A stretch of DNA of 64,000 bases, from contig JBLFWM010000001.1 of NCBI GenBank assembly GCA_047611265.1, positions 153,153 to 217,152 on the forward strand. The letters run 5' to 3'. This document shows, in pieces, positions 44,289 through 55,967 of this stretch (position 1 is its first letter; every line of letters starts with the position of its first letter). This stretch comes from Gammaproteobacteria bacterium. GTDB lineage: Bacteria; Pseudomonadota; Gammaproteobacteria; GCA-002705445; GCA-002716945. The notes under the pieces are model-generated. The model did no database searches. It was not told where the DNA came from and worked only from the letters and a program-made list of their open reading frames with translations. Position numbers and translations under genes: made by a program.

Positions 44289-45935
44289 TTATTTTTCTCT
44301 TAGTTTTCTTCTGAGAATCTTGCCAACATTGTTTTTAGGAATTTCATCTATAAATATAACCTTCTTTGGTATCTTATAAATTGCTAACCCTTTCTTGCAA
44401 AAATTAATTACCTCTCTTTCGCTTAAACTTTTTTTATCTTTAACAATAAATAATCTTATACTCTCTCCTCTGTTAGAGTCATTGACCCCAATTACTCCAC
44501 ATTCTCTAACATCTGGATGTTGCGATACATAGTCTTCGATTTCATTTGGATAAACATTAAAACCAGAAGAAATAATCATGTCTTTTTTTCTATCAATAAT
44601 TTTTAAAAAACCATTTTCCTTAATAATTGCAATGTCTCCTGTTTTAAAAAATCCATCAGCTGTAAAAGAGTTTTTGGTTTCTTCCGGATTATTCCAGTAT
44701 TTAGACATAACTTGCGGACCTTTTACGCAAAGCTCTCCCTCCTGATTGATATTAAGCTCGTTGTTTTTTTCATCCCTTATTGAAATCTCTGTTGATGGTA
44801 TAGGTGGGCCAATCGTACTATTAAACGGTTCAGATATAATGTTAACAGATACAATTGGAGAAGTTTCGGTTAAACCATAACCTTGAGTGATATCAATTCC
44901 AGTTACTTTTTTCCATTTTTTAGCAGTATTACTTAGTACAGACATACCTCCTCCAACTGTGAACTTTAAAGCGCTAAAATTAATTTTTTTAAATGAAGAA
45001 CTCGTTAACAATAAATTAAATAATGTATTAACTCCGGTAATGACAGTAAACTTATTTTTCTTTAATGTATTTACAAAACTCTTTAAGTCTCTTGGATTTG
45101 TCACTAATATATTATTGGAGCCAATGCTATAAAAATACATCAAGTTAACAGTAAACGAAAAAATATGATAAAGAGGTAATGCGGTTATAATGCTCTCTTT
45201 CCCGGGCACGACTATAGGGCCAACCCACATATTTAGCTGTTCAATATTAGATAGTATATTTCCATGAGTAAGTACTGCAGCTTTAGACTTTCCCGTGGTG
45301 CCACCAGTATATTGCAATAGTGCAATATCCTTGTTTTCTAAAACTACATTCATTCTAATATATGAATTCTTTAATGCGTCAGAAAATAATAAATAATTAT
45401 TATCGAGATGAATCCTTGGTCCTTTAAAAAAAACCACTGTCTTGACAAGTACTGACATAATAGGAGAAAGTAAATCCGTTACCTTGCAAACAATAATATT
45501 TTTAATTAATGTATTTTTTACGATAGACTCTAGTTCAGACATAAATCTATCTAGAACAATTATTGTTTCTACTTTAGAGTCATTCAATACACTTTCTATC
45601 TCTCTACCTTTAAATAACGGATTTATATTTATTACTGTAGCGCCAGCTAAATATGACCCAAATAATGCAACTGGATAAGTTAAAAGATTTGGTAACATTA
45701 TTGCAACTTTAGAATCCTTGGTGATGGATAATTTGTTTTGAAGATAAGCTCCAAATTTTTCTGAATATCTATCTATTTTTTTATAGCTTAATTGAGTATT
45801 TAAATTTGTAAAAGCAGTATGATTTGGAAAGAGAGAAGATGAATTTTTCATCAAATCTACAATTGAGTTAAACTTTAAATTACCAATTTTTGACGCTACA
45901 TTTCCTGGGTAGTGTTTAAGCCAAATCTTTTCCAT
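44289..45935 (-). CDS. fadD: long-chain-fatty-acid--CoA ligase
   Basis: Collinear with E. coli FadD from 'KIWLKHYP' through 'LQYTGGTTGKSKAAVLTH', 'PLYHIFS', 'GYGLTETSP', 'DIAIIKENGFLKIIDRKKDMIISSGFNVYPNEIE' to 'KILRR'. Confidence 0.85.
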   Translation of the reverse strand: MEKIWLKHYPGNVASKIGNLKFNSIVDLMKNSSSLFPNHTAFTNLNTQLSYKKIDRYSEKFGAYLQNKLSITKDSKVAIMLPNLLTYPVALFGSYLAGATVININPLFKGREIESVLNDSKVETIIVLDRFMSELESIVKNTLIKNIIVCKVTDLLSPIMSVLVKTVVFFKGPRIHLDNNYLLFSDALKNSYIRMNVVLENKDIALLQYTGGTTGKSKAAVLTHGNILSNIEQLNMWVGPIVVPGKESIITALPLYHIFSFTVNLMYFYSIGSNNILVTNPRDLKSFVNTLKKNKFTVITGVNTLFNLLLTSSSFKKINFSALKFTVGGGMSVLSNTAKKWKKVTGIDITQGYGLTETSPIVSVNIISEPFNSTIGPPIPSTEISIRDEKNNELNINQEGELCVKGPQVMSKYWNNPEETKNSFTADGFFKTGDIAIIKENGFLKIIDRKKDMIISSGFNVYPNEIEDYVSQHPDVRECGVIGVNDSNRGESIRLFIVKDKKSLSEREVINFCKKGLAIYKIPKKVIFIDEIPKNNVGKILRRKLREK

Positions 45936-45961
45936 AAATATATCTTAACATCAAAAATAAC

Positions 45962-45985
45962 AAAGCCTCTATAGAAAGAGGCTTT
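45962..45985 (-). terminator. rho-independent terminator after groEL
   Basis: Perfect 9-bp inverted repeat aaagcctct-atagaa-agaggcttt. On the minus-strand transcript it is followed by UGUUAUUUUUGA. It lies 31 bp after the groEL stop. Confidence 0.6.
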
Positions 45986-46015
45986 GAAATAAATTTGTAA
46001 CAATACAAATACGGA

Positions 46016-47701
<1,686 letters not shown>

Positions 47702-47709
47702 CTATTAAT

Positions 47710-47997
47710 TTAACTAACAATTGCTGTTATGTCATCTTCTCTCATAACAAGTAATTCTTCCCCGTCTACACTTACTTCTGTACCAGAATATTTACCAAAG
47801 AGAATTATATCACCCACTTTTACATCTAATGGTCTAACATCACCATTCTCAAGTATCTTTCCTTTGCCTATTGCAACAACTTCGCCTTTAATTGGTTTTT
47901 CAGTTGCAGAGTCAGGAATCACGATGCCGCCAGGTGAAGTCTTTTCTTCTTCCATTCTTCTAATAATTACGCGGTCATGTAATGGTCTTATATTCAT
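47710..47997 (-). CDS. groS: co-chaperonin GroES
   Basis: '[14 protein letters not shown]' and '[15 protein letters not shown]'. Confidence 0.95.
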   Translation of the reverse strand: MNIRPLHDRVIIRRMEEEKTSPGGIVIPDSATEKPIKGEVVAIGKGKILENGDVRPLDVKVGDIILFGKYSGTEVSVDGEELLVMREDDITAIVS

Positions 47998-48049
47998 ATG
48001 TAATCCTCATTAATAGTTCAAATGAGCGGTTTTTGCTCTCAGATAGTTA

Positions 48050-48077
48050 ATATAGCGACCTTTTCCTAAATTTCAAG
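48050..48077 (-). promoter_or_regulatory. sigma-32-like heat-shock promoter for groESL
   Basis: Minus strand reads CTTGAAA-N13-CGCTATAT about 50 bp upstream of groES. Consensus is CTTGAAA-N13-15-CCCCATNT. No CIRCE inverted repeat is present. Confidence 0.35.
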
Positions 48078-48091
48078 TGTAATTAATAGAA

Positions 48092-48507
48092 TTACTTGTC
48101 TTTATTATGATCCACATCAATTACTCTTCCTTTAGGCCCATTTGTACGTCTCCCTGAGGGCACATCGTGCTTTCTAATACTGAGCAACCTAATTGGTTTA
48201 TAAAGGAATAATAGGCCTATAAAATCCGTTAGGAAGCCAGGTAACAACAAGAATACACCACATATAAACACAATAATTCCAGACAATATCTCTTGGTCAG
48301 GTCTTAAACCATTCATTAGCTTGTTACGAATTTCAGACATATACGTTGCAGCATTATATTTAATTATATAAATTCCAACCATGGCTGTACCAAATATCGT
48401 TAAAATAGTATTAAAACTTCCTATTATTGACCCAATTTCAATAAATAAAATAATTTCAATTATTGGGATAAGTAATAAGAATGCAGGGATAACTTTCTTT
48501 AAATTCA
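48092..48507 (-). CDS. fxsA: FxsA-family inner-membrane protein
   Basis: 'VIPAFLLLIPIIEIILFIEIGSIIG' and 'LLLPGFLTDFIGLLFL' parallel E. coli FxsA ('LLLLPGFFTDFLGLLLLL'). Conserved neighbour of groES. The longest ORF adds 'MSINDSVRVNIINDSVRVNI' from the tandem repeat. The ATG for MNLKK at 48507 is taken as the start. Confidence 0.6.
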
Positions 48508-48508
48508 T

Positions 48509-48562
48509 AATATTAACTCTTACACTATCATTTATAATATTAACTCTTACACTATCATTTAT
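48509..48562. repeat. perfect tandem duplication, 2 x 27 bp (aatattaactcttacactatcatttat)
   Basis: Read directly. Copy 1 is 48509-48535, copy 2 is 48536-48562. It sits immediately 5' of the fxsA start, in the region shared with the divergent dsbD promoter. Confidence 0.85.
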
Positions 48563-48622
48563 GGACAAAAATTCTATAGTAGATAATATACTATATATAT
48601 AATTATTGAGATAATTGAAAGA

Positions 48623-50380
48623 ATGAAGATACTTAATATGAAAAAATTTTTTCTAACCACGATACTTCTCTTAACTAGCAGTTTTGCAGCTTCTGATATC
48701 ATTCAGAATCAAGTAGAGTTTCTATCGCCAGAAAAGGCATTTCAACCCTCAATAAAGCTAATTGAAAATAATCATCTTGAAGTTTCTTGGGATATTGAAA
48801 AAGGATACTACCTCTATCTTGGTATGTTTGAGTTTTCAGTTGATAGTTCAGATACGAAAATTATTAAAGTAGACATGCCTGAAGGCAAGAAGAAAAAAGA
48901 TGAGTTTTTTGGTGATGTAGACGTATATTATAATTCTGCTAAAGCAAATATATATTTTGACAAAATAACTAGTAAAACAAATTTAATACTAAAATATCAG
49001 GGTTGTGCAGATGCAGGTTTATGCTATCCACCTATTACTAAAAAATTTCCTCTTGAACAATATGCTAGTAATGACTCATATTTATTAAAAACTAGTATGA
49101 CTGACAATCAGTATTCTTTTAGCCAACAACTATCTGAGCAATCCATTACTCTTAATATTTTTTTATTTTTCTTGGCTGGACTACTTCTAGCTTTCACCCC
49201 ATGCGTCTTTCCAATGATTCCTATATTGACTGGGCTGATAGTTGGGCAAGGGGAGAGTATTTCAACAAAAAAATCTTTTTTTCTTTCCTTGACCTATGTT
49301 TTATCAATGTCTCTAACATATGCAGCTGCTGGAATCTTAATTGTATTATCCGGAGCAAATATTCAGGCAGATTTACAAAATCCATATGTGTTAACAAGTT
49401 TTGCAGGATTATTTGTAATCCTAGCTCTATCTATGTTTAATGTGATAAGAATACAAATGCCTGCATCTATTCAGGGTTTACTTATATCAAAATCAAATAC
49501 CAATAGTTCGGGTACTTACATAGGTGTAGGTATTATGGGATCTCTTTCTGCATTAATTGTAGGGCCATGTGTTACTGCTCCACTCATAGGGGCGCTAATA
49601 TACATATCAATGACTAACGACTATTTGATTGGCGGGTCTGCCTTATTTGCGCTAGGTATGGGCATGGGCGCACCACTTCTAGTTCTAGGAACTTCGGCAT
49701 CAGAGTTAACAAAAAAAATTGGTCCATACTTAGAAATTACAAATAAAGTTTTCGGGGTATTATTTTTAATAGTTGCAATCTGGTTGATTGAAAGAATTGT
49801 ATCAATAGAGATAGCTGCTTATTTATGGTCAATATTATCAATTATTGTTGCAATAGGTTTAACAAGAATAGTTACATTTAAAAATATTTCTAGATTCACA
49901 TTAAAGTTTTTATCAATCTTACTTTTTATTTATTCAGGATTACAAATATATGGTGTAAATTCAAATAAAAACTTTGACCCTATGTTTAGTTTTATTGAAC
50001 AATCCCAGTCAACCTCATTCACAAAAATTTTTAATACCAATGAATTATTTTCTCAAATAAAAAATTCAGAAAAAATTACAATGGTAGATCTTTATGCTGA
50101 CTGGTGTGTAGCTTGCAAAGAGTTAGACAAATATACTTTTAGTGAAAAAAAAGTGGCTAATGTATTAAAAGATTTAAACTTAATAAAACTAGATATAACA
50201 AAAACAAATGATGACAACTCAAAATTTTTAAAAGACTATAAATTATTTGGCCCTCCCGCAATACTATTTTTTAATAATGACGGGACAGAGATAAGGCGGT
50301 CTAGAATTGTTGGCTTTATAGATGCCGAAAATTTTATTAAAATCTATGAGAATATAAATATAAGTATATCTTTAAAATAA
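48623..50380 (+). CDS. dsbD: thiol:disulfide interchange protein DsbD
   Basis: Periplasmic alpha domain, TM beta domain with 'AFTPCVFPMIPIL' and a second Cys ('IVGPCVTAPL'), and C-terminal thioredoxin 'YADWCVACKELD'. Confidence 0.85.
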   Translation: MKILNMKKFFLTTILLLTSSFAASDIIQNQVEFLSPEKAFQPSIKLIENNHLEVSWDIEKGYYLYLGMFEFSVDSSDTKIIKVDMPEGKKKKDEFFGDVDVYYNSAKANIYFDKITSKTNLILKYQGCADAGLCYPPITKKFPLEQYASNDSYLLKTSMTDNQYSFSQQLSEQSITLNIFLFFLAGLLLAFTPCVFPMIPILTGLIVGQGESISTKKSFFLSLTYVLSMSLTYAAAGILIVLSGANIQADLQNPYVLTSFAGLFVILALSMFNVIRIQMPASIQGLLISKSNTNSSGTYIGVGIMGSLSALIVGPCVTAPLIGALIYISMTNDYLIGGSALFALGMGMGAPLLVLGTSASELTKKIGPYLEITNKVFGVLFLIVAIWLIERIVSIEIAAYLWSILSIIVAIGLTRIVTFKNISRFTLKFLSILLFIYSGLQIYGVNSNKNFDPMFSFIEQSQSTSFTKIFNTNELFSQIKNSEKITMVDLYADWCVACKELDKYTFSEKKVANVLKDLNLIKLDITKTNDDNSKFLKDYKLFGPPAILFFNNDGTEIRRSRIVGFIDAENFIKIYENINISISLK

Positions 50381-50446
50381 GAAAATTTTCTTGTATATTC
50401 TGTAAAAATCTGTTAATTTCTATTAAAATTTACTAAAGGGACTATT

Positions 50447-50890
50447 TTGACAGATATACTAATTATTAACGGTCCTAACTTAAATCTACTTGGAACAAGA
50501 GAACCTGAGATATACGGCAAAGAAAGCCTTGCTGATGTAGAAGATAGCTTGCAAAATTTAGCAGATAAAGACAATGTTTCAATAAAATTTATGCAGTCTA
50601 ATGCAGAACATGAAATTATAGATTGTATTCAAGATGCAAATAAAGATTCTACGAAATTTATTATTATTAATCCCGGACCTTTAACCCATACAAGCATTGC
50701 TTTAAGAGATACGTTTTTGAGTACACAAATTCCTTTTATAGAAATACATATTTCCAATATCCATAAAAGAGAAGAGTTTAGAAAGAAATCATTTTTAAGT
50801 GATTTAAGCTCAGGCGTTATAGTTGGTTTAGGTGTCAATGGCTATAGTTATGCATTCATGCAAGCTTTAAAGTATATTAGGAGTAACTAA
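50447..50890 (+). CDS. aroQ: 3-dehydroquinate dehydratase, type II
   Basis: '[21 protein letters not shown]' and '[16 protein letters not shown]'. Confidence 0.9.
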   Translation: MTDILIINGPNLNLLGTREPEIYGKESLADVEDSLQNLADKDNVSIKFMQSNAEHEIIDCIQDANKDSTKFIIINPGPLTHTSIALRDTFLSTQIPFIEIHISNIHKREEFRKKSFLSDLSSGVIVGLGVNGYSYAFMQALKYIRSN

Positions 50891-50892
50891 AC

Positions 50893-51351
50893 ATGGATTT
50901 ACGAAAAATAAAAAAGCTGATGGAATTACTAGAAGAGTCTGGTTTAGCAGAGATAGAGGTTAAAGAAGGAGAGGAGTCAATTAAACTCTCTCGTCATTCA
51001 CAATATCAGCCTCTGCAGAATAGCCAAGCTATGATGCCGGTTATGCAAACTCAGCAACCTGCTACTAAAGAAATTACTCCTCAAGCTGAAAGTGTTTCAG
51101 AACAAGCTTTGCCAGAAGGAGACACTATTGAATCTCCAATGGTTGGTACTTTTTACAGGGCTGCGTCACCTGACTCAAAAGTTTTTGCAGAAGAAGGTCA
51201 AAAAGTTAGCAAAGGTGATACAGTTTGTATTTTAGAAGCCATGAAAATGATGAACCAAGTTACTGCTGAACAAAGCGGTACAATTATTAAAATTCTTGTA
51301 GAGGATTCAGAACCTGTAGAATTTGGACAACCACTATTTATAATAAAATAA
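50893..51351 (+). CDS. accB: acetyl-CoA carboxylase biotin carboxyl carrier protein
   Basis: Biotinylation motif '[11 protein letters not shown]'. Pro/Gln-rich linker. Confidence 0.9.
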   Translation: MDLRKIKKLMELLEESGLAEIEVKEGEESIKLSRHSQYQPLQNSQAMMPVMQTQQPATKEITPQAESVSEQALPEGDTIESPMVGTFYRAASPDSKVFAEEGQKVSKGDTVCILEAMKMMNQVTAEQSGTIIKILVEDSEPVEFGQPLFIIK

Positions 51352-51352
51352 T

Positions 51353-52696
51353 ATGATTCAAAAAGTATTAATTGCCAATAGAGGCGAAATAGCGCTACGT
51401 ATCTTACGAGCTTGCAAAAAGCTAGGTATAAAGACCGTGGCTGTTCACTCAACTGTTGATAGACAATTACCTCATGTAAAGATGGCGGACGAGTCAGTGT
51501 GCATAGGATCAGCAGACCCTAAAAAAAGTTATCTAAATATACCCTCTATTATAAGCGCAGCTGAACTTACTAATGCTGATGCAATACACCCTGGTTATGG
51601 GTTCCTATCAGAATCAGCCCAGTTTGCAGAAATTGTTGAGTCAAATAAATTTATCTTTATAGGTCCACCAAGCAAGGTTTTAAAAAAAATGGGTGATAAA
51701 ATTAAAGCAAAGACAGCTATGAAAGGGTTTGGCGTTCCCTGTATACCTGGCTATGATGGCATTCTTTCTGATGATCCAGCCAAAGTTATTAAATCTGCTG
51801 AAAAAATTGGTTTTCCTATAATGTTAAAAGCTATTCATGGTGGTGGTGGAAGAGGAATGATGATTGTTAATCATCCTAAAGATCTTGCTAATGCAATGAA
51901 TATTACTAAATCAGAAGCTGAAAATGCATTTGGAAATGGTGATTTATATTTTGAAAGATATTTTGATAAACCTAGACATATCGAGATTCAAGTACTCTGT
52001 GATAATCATGGAAATGCTATTCACCTTGGAGAGAGAGATTGTTCTCTTCAAAGAAGAAATCAAAAAGTAATAGAAGAAACTACAGCGGTAAATATTCCCA
52101 GAGCAGCAATCAGTAAAATAGGTAAAATATGTACTGATGCATGCAAACAACTTGGGTATACCGGAGCAGGGACTTTTGAGTTTCTTTATCAAGACGGCTC
52201 CTTTAGTTTCATTGAAATGAATACGAGAATACAAGTTGAACATCCAGTGAGTGAATTTTTAACAGGTATTGATTTAATCTCTGAGCAAATCTTAGTTGCA
52301 TCAAATGAGAAATTAAAATTAACCCAGGAAGATGTTACATTTAAAGGACATTCTATAGAGTGTAGGATAAATGCAGAAGACCCTGTAACATTCATGCCCT
52401 CACCAGGTCATATAAGCTTATTTCATGCACCCGGTGGACCAGGAGTTAGAGTTGATTCACATATTTATTCTGGATATGATGTGCCGCCTAATTATGATTC
52501 CTTGATAGCAAAAATTGTTACACATGCTGAAGATAGAGCGACGGCTATCAGGAAAATGTTATTTGCATTAGATGAAACTGTCATAGAAGGCATTAAAACC
52601 AATATTGCTTTGCATAAACGTTTATTAACTAGTGATTTTTTTGTGAATGGAAACTTTACAATCAATACATTAAATCAGTTTATTAATAAAAATTAG
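51353..52696 (+). CDS. accC: acetyl-CoA carboxylase biotin carboxylase subunit
   Basis: 'KVLIANRGEIALRILRACKKLGI' N-terminus and ATP-grasp 'MIEMNTRIQVEHPVSE'. Confidence 0.95.
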   Translation: MIQKVLIANRGEIALRILRACKKLGIKTVAVHSTVDRQLPHVKMADESVCIGSADPKKSYLNIPSIISAAELTNADAIHPGYGFLSESAQFAEIVESNKFIFIGPPSKVLKKMGDKIKAKTAMKGFGVPCIPGYDGILSDDPAKVIKSAEKIGFPIMLKAIHGGGGRGMMIVNHPKDLANAMNITKSEAENAFGNGDLYFERYFDKPRHIEIQVLCDNHGNAIHLGERDCSLQRRNQKVIEETTAVNIPRAAISKIGKICTDACKQLGYTGAGTFEFLYQDGSFSFIEMNTRIQVEHPVSEFLTGIDLISEQILVASNEKLKLTQEDVTFKGHSIECRINAEDPVTFMPSPGHISLFHAPGGPGVRVDSHIYSGYDVPPNYDSLIAKIVTHAEDRATAIRKMLFALDETVIEGIKTNIALHKRLLTSDFFVNGNFTINTLNQFINKN

Positions 52697-52805
52697 TAAT
52701 TTTTCTCTTTAACCCTAATCATTAAAATTGTAAGATAATGAAACGTTTCTTATTAAACTTATCATTGAAGGTTATTCTTTGATATTACAAGGGTATGTAT
52801 AAATA

Positions 52806-53060
52806 ATGGAAAAAATTAAAAAGACAGCTGTCAGCTCTCTTAGTAAAACTATTAAAAACGAAACTCTTGCCTATATCAATAAGATGAATGGTCAGGGTGT
52901 TAGTAATCTGCATAACCTATTTATCACAGAAGTTGAAAAATCTCTTATATCTGCAGTTTTATCTCACTTAGGTGGCAATGTAACTAAAACTGCTACTTAC
53001 CTGGGAATTAACAGAGGGACATTGATAAAAAGAATTAAAGATTACGGTATAAGCATATAA
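52806..53060 (+). CDS. fis: DNA-binding protein Fis
   Basis: 'MNGQGVSNLHNLFITEVEKSLI' parallels E. coli Fis '[22 protein letters not shown]'. C-terminal HTH 'GNVTKTATYLGINRGTLIKRIKDYGI' parallels '[26 protein letters not shown]'. fis-purH-purD order as in Pseudomonas. Confidence 0.75.
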   Translation: MEKIKKTAVSSLSKTIKNETLAYINKMNGQGVSNLHNLFITEVEKSLISAVLSHLGGNVTKTATYLGINRGTLIKRIKDYGISI

Positions 53061-54620
53061 ATGAAACAAGATGAAAAGAAATTTGCACTTATAAGCGTTT
53101 CTGATAAAACTGGCATTGATAAATTTGCTAAATCACTAATTAAAAATAACTATATAATTCTTTCGACTGGCGGTACTGCGAAATTCTTATCATCCAAAAA
53201 AATAGCTAATGTATCTATATCTGAATTTACTAAATTTGAAGAAATCCTTGAAGGAAGAGTCAAAACATTACATCCAATTATCCATGCTGGCATACTAGCT
53301 AAAGACAAAAAATCAATAGACTCATTAAAAAATTCACATTATTCGCTCATCGATATAGTGGTAGTTAATCTCTATCCTTTTGAGTCAACAATATCAAAAG
53401 CTAATTGTAAGTATGATGATGCAATTGAAAATATAGATATTGGAGGGCCTACGATGTTAAGGGCAGCAGCTAAAAATCATGGAAGAGTGACTGTTATTAC
53501 GGAACCTAAGGACTATGAAGCTATAATCAAGGAAATCAATGATAATAATCAAACATGCATTAATACAAGACGTAAACTAGCTATTAAAGTATTCCAAAAG
53601 ATTTCAGAATATGACTCAATGATTCATCATTATTTAATGAGTCATGAGAGTACCGAAGAATTAACTCTTCCATCAAAAATTAATATTACATTAGAAAAGA
53701 TTAGTAACCTAAGATATGGAGAAAATCCGCACCAAAATGCTAGCCTTTATAATATAAAATACCCTAAGGTAGAGGGTTTTAATTTTAAACAATTAGCTGG
53801 AAAAGGCTTGTCTTACAATAATTTAGTTGATACAGAGAGCGCGCTTTCTTGCGTTCAACAATTTAAAAACCCCTCATGCGTTATAGTTAAACATGCAAAC
53901 CCTTGTGGCGTAGCAGAATGCACCAGCCTTATGGCTGCTTACAATAATGCCTATACAACAGATCCTATCTCAGCTTTTGGAGGAATCATTGCTTTTAATA
54001 AAAATGTAGATGAAAAGATTCTTAAAAAAATTATCAATCAACAGTTTGTGGAAGTTATAGTTGCCCCTAATTATAGTAAAAAATGCTTAGAAGTCATTAA
54101 ATCTAAACCAAATATTAGACTGTTAAAGGTAGTAAAATCTAATAAAGATACTGCTAGGCTAGAGTTTAAATCATTGCAGAGTAAATTTTTAATTCAAGAA
54201 AGTGATACTAAAAAAGTAACGTCTAAAAACTTAAAAACTGTAACAATAAAGAAACCATCGAAAAGAGAGGTAGATGATTTATTGTTTGCATTTAAAGTTG
54301 CAAGATATGTAAAATCAAATGCAATTGTTTTTGTTAAAAATAAGAAGACTCTTGGAATAGGTGCCGGGCAAATGAGCAGAATTGATTCTACTAATATAGC
54401 TAAAACAAAGGCTAAAAAACATGGCTTGTCTCTTAAAGGATGCGTAATGGCATCAGAAGCTTTTTTTCCATTTAGAGACAATATAGATTTAGCTAAAAAA
54501 ATTGGCGTCTCCAGCATTATTCAACCAGGTGGTTCTATAAAAGATAAGGAAATAATATCTATAGCTGATAAACATGGTATATCAATGGTTCTTAGCGGCG
54601 TGAGAGTATTTAAACATTAG
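53061..54620 (+). CDS. purH: bifunctional AICAR transformylase / IMP cyclohydrolase
   Basis: 'ALISVSDKTGI...ILSTGGTAKFL' MGS-like N-terminus and AICARFT core 'VIVKHANPCGVA'. Confidence 0.95.
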   Translation: MKQDEKKFALISVSDKTGIDKFAKSLIKNNYIILSTGGTAKFLSSKKIANVSISEFTKFEEILEGRVKTLHPIIHAGILAKDKKSIDSLKNSHYSLIDIVVVNLYPFESTISKANCKYDDAIENIDIGGPTMLRAAAKNHGRVTVITEPKDYEAIIKEINDNNQTCINTRRKLAIKVFQKISEYDSMIHHYLMSHESTEELTLPSKINITLEKISNLRYGENPHQNASLYNIKYPKVEGFNFKQLAGKGLSYNNLVDTESALSCVQQFKNPSCVIVKHANPCGVAECTSLMAAYNNAYTTDPISAFGGIIAFNKNVDEKILKKIINQQFVEVIVAPNYSKKCLEVIKSKPNIRLLKVVKSNKDTARLEFKSLQSKFLIQESDTKKVTSKNLKTVTIKKPSKREVDDLLFAFKVARYVKSNAIVFVKNKKTLGIGAGQMSRIDSTNIAKTKAKKHGLSLKGCVMASEAFFPFRDNIDLAKKIGVSSIIQPGGSIKDKEIISIADKHGISMVLSGVRVFKH

Positions 54621-54623
54621 AAG

Positions 54624-55967
54624 ATGAAACAAAATATACTAGTTATAGGGCAAGGTGGCCGAGAACATGCTATTGCATGGAAACTTTCTAGGTCTCCACA
54701 AGTTCAAAAAGTTTTTGTTTGCCCTGGTAACGGTGGCACAGCATTAGAAAAAAATATAGAAAATATTGATATTGATATTTCAGATACTAACGCTCTTATT
54801 GATTTTGTTAAGAAAAATAATATCTTACTAACAGTGGTTGGACCTGAAGACCCTCTAGTAGAAGGTATTATTAATAAGTTTTCTGAGCATGGGTTAAAAG
54901 CTTTTGGGCCAACAAAAGAACATGCAATTTTAGAAGGATCAAAAGTTTTCTCGAAAGATTTTATGAGAAAATATGATATACCAACAGCTGGCTATCAAAT
55001 GTTTTCAAACAAAGATGAAGCTAAGTTGTATATAGATAATAAGAAACATCCAATTGTAATAAAAGCTGATGGCTTGGCTGCAGGGAAAGGTGTTATTGTT
55101 TCCTCGTCAGTAGAAGAATCATATAGAGCTATAGATAAATTATTAAGCACCGAATATTCAGACTTTATTGTAATAGAAGAATTCCTCAGTGGACAAGAAT
55201 TATCAGCAATCTATATATGTAATGATAAAGGATCTCATTACGAGATAGGGCTTCCATGGACAAAAGACTATAAATCACGTGATGAACATAATTCTGGGCC
55301 AAATACAGGTGGAATGGGCGCTGTAAGCCATCCTTTAAGCTATAAACATAAGAATGAAATCTATAAGTTATACCTAGATATTGAAAAGATTCTGGCTAAA
55401 ACAATAAATGGAATCAATGACTATAATAAAAAATCCAATACGAAATATTTAGGCTTTCTTTATATAGGACTAATGATAGATAGTGCTAATAAAATAAAGG
55501 TTCTAGAATATAATTGTCGAATGGGTGATCCTGAAACACAAAATCTAATGATTACCCTTGAAAATAAAAATATAGATCTTTTAGAGATGATTATTAATAA
55601 TCCTGCAACTGATATACGGGATTTAAATATTGTAGACCTTGACCATAAAAATAATGAATACTGTTGCACTATAGTTTTAGCATCAAAAGGATATCCTAAT
55701 TCATATGAAAAGGGTTTTTATATAGATACTAGTAGTGTCAAAGAAAATCTAAAAGTTAAAATATTTCATGCTGGAACAATATTAGATGATAATAAAATAT
55801 GCGTAACAGGCGGTAGAATTCTTACTGTAAATGCTTTTTCTGAAGATAAGGAAAAGGCTATAAGTATAGCGTATGAAAATATTAAGAATATTAGAGTCTT
55901 TGAAGATAAAGATATGAACATTGAAAATAATGACTTAGTATTCTTCAGGGAAGATATAGGAAATTAA
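54624..55967 (+). CDS. purD: phosphoribosylamine--glycine ligase
   Basis: 'MKQNILVIGQGGREHAIAWKL' and ATP-grasp 'VIKADGLAAGKGVIV'. Confidence 0.9.
   Translation: MKQNILVIGQGGREHAIAWKLSRSPQVQKVFVCPGNGGTALEKNIENIDIDISDTNALIDFVKKNNILLTVVGPEDPLVEGIINKFSEHGLKAFGPTKEHAILEGSKVFSKDFMRKYDIPTAGYQMFSNKDEAKLYIDNKKHPIVIKADGLAAGKGVIVSSSVEESYRAIDKLLSTEYSDFIVIEEFLSGQELSAIYICNDKGSHYEIGLPWTKDYKSRDEHNSGPNTGGMGAVSHPLSYKHKNEIYKLYLDIEKILAKTINGINDYNKKSNTKYLGFLYIGLMIDSANKIKVLEYNCRMGDPETQNLMITLENKNIDLLEMIINNPATDIRDLNIVDLDHKNNEYCCTIVLASKGYPNSYEKGFYIDTSSVKENLKVKIFHAGTILDDNKICVTGGRILTVNAFSEDKEKAISIAYENIKNIRVFEDKDMNIENNDLVFFREDIGN

Noticed and set aside
47998-48091. CIRCE/HrcA operator upstream of groES
   Set aside because: No TTAGCACTC-N9-GAGTGCTAA-like inverted repeat is present. 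A sigma-32-like promoter fits instead.
48508-48568. N-terminal 9-aa protein repeat 'INDSVRVNI INDSVRVNI' on the longest fxsA ORF
   Set aside because: The FxsA homology starts at the internal ATG (MNLKK...). The repeat is better explained as a DNA-level tandem duplication upstream of the true start.
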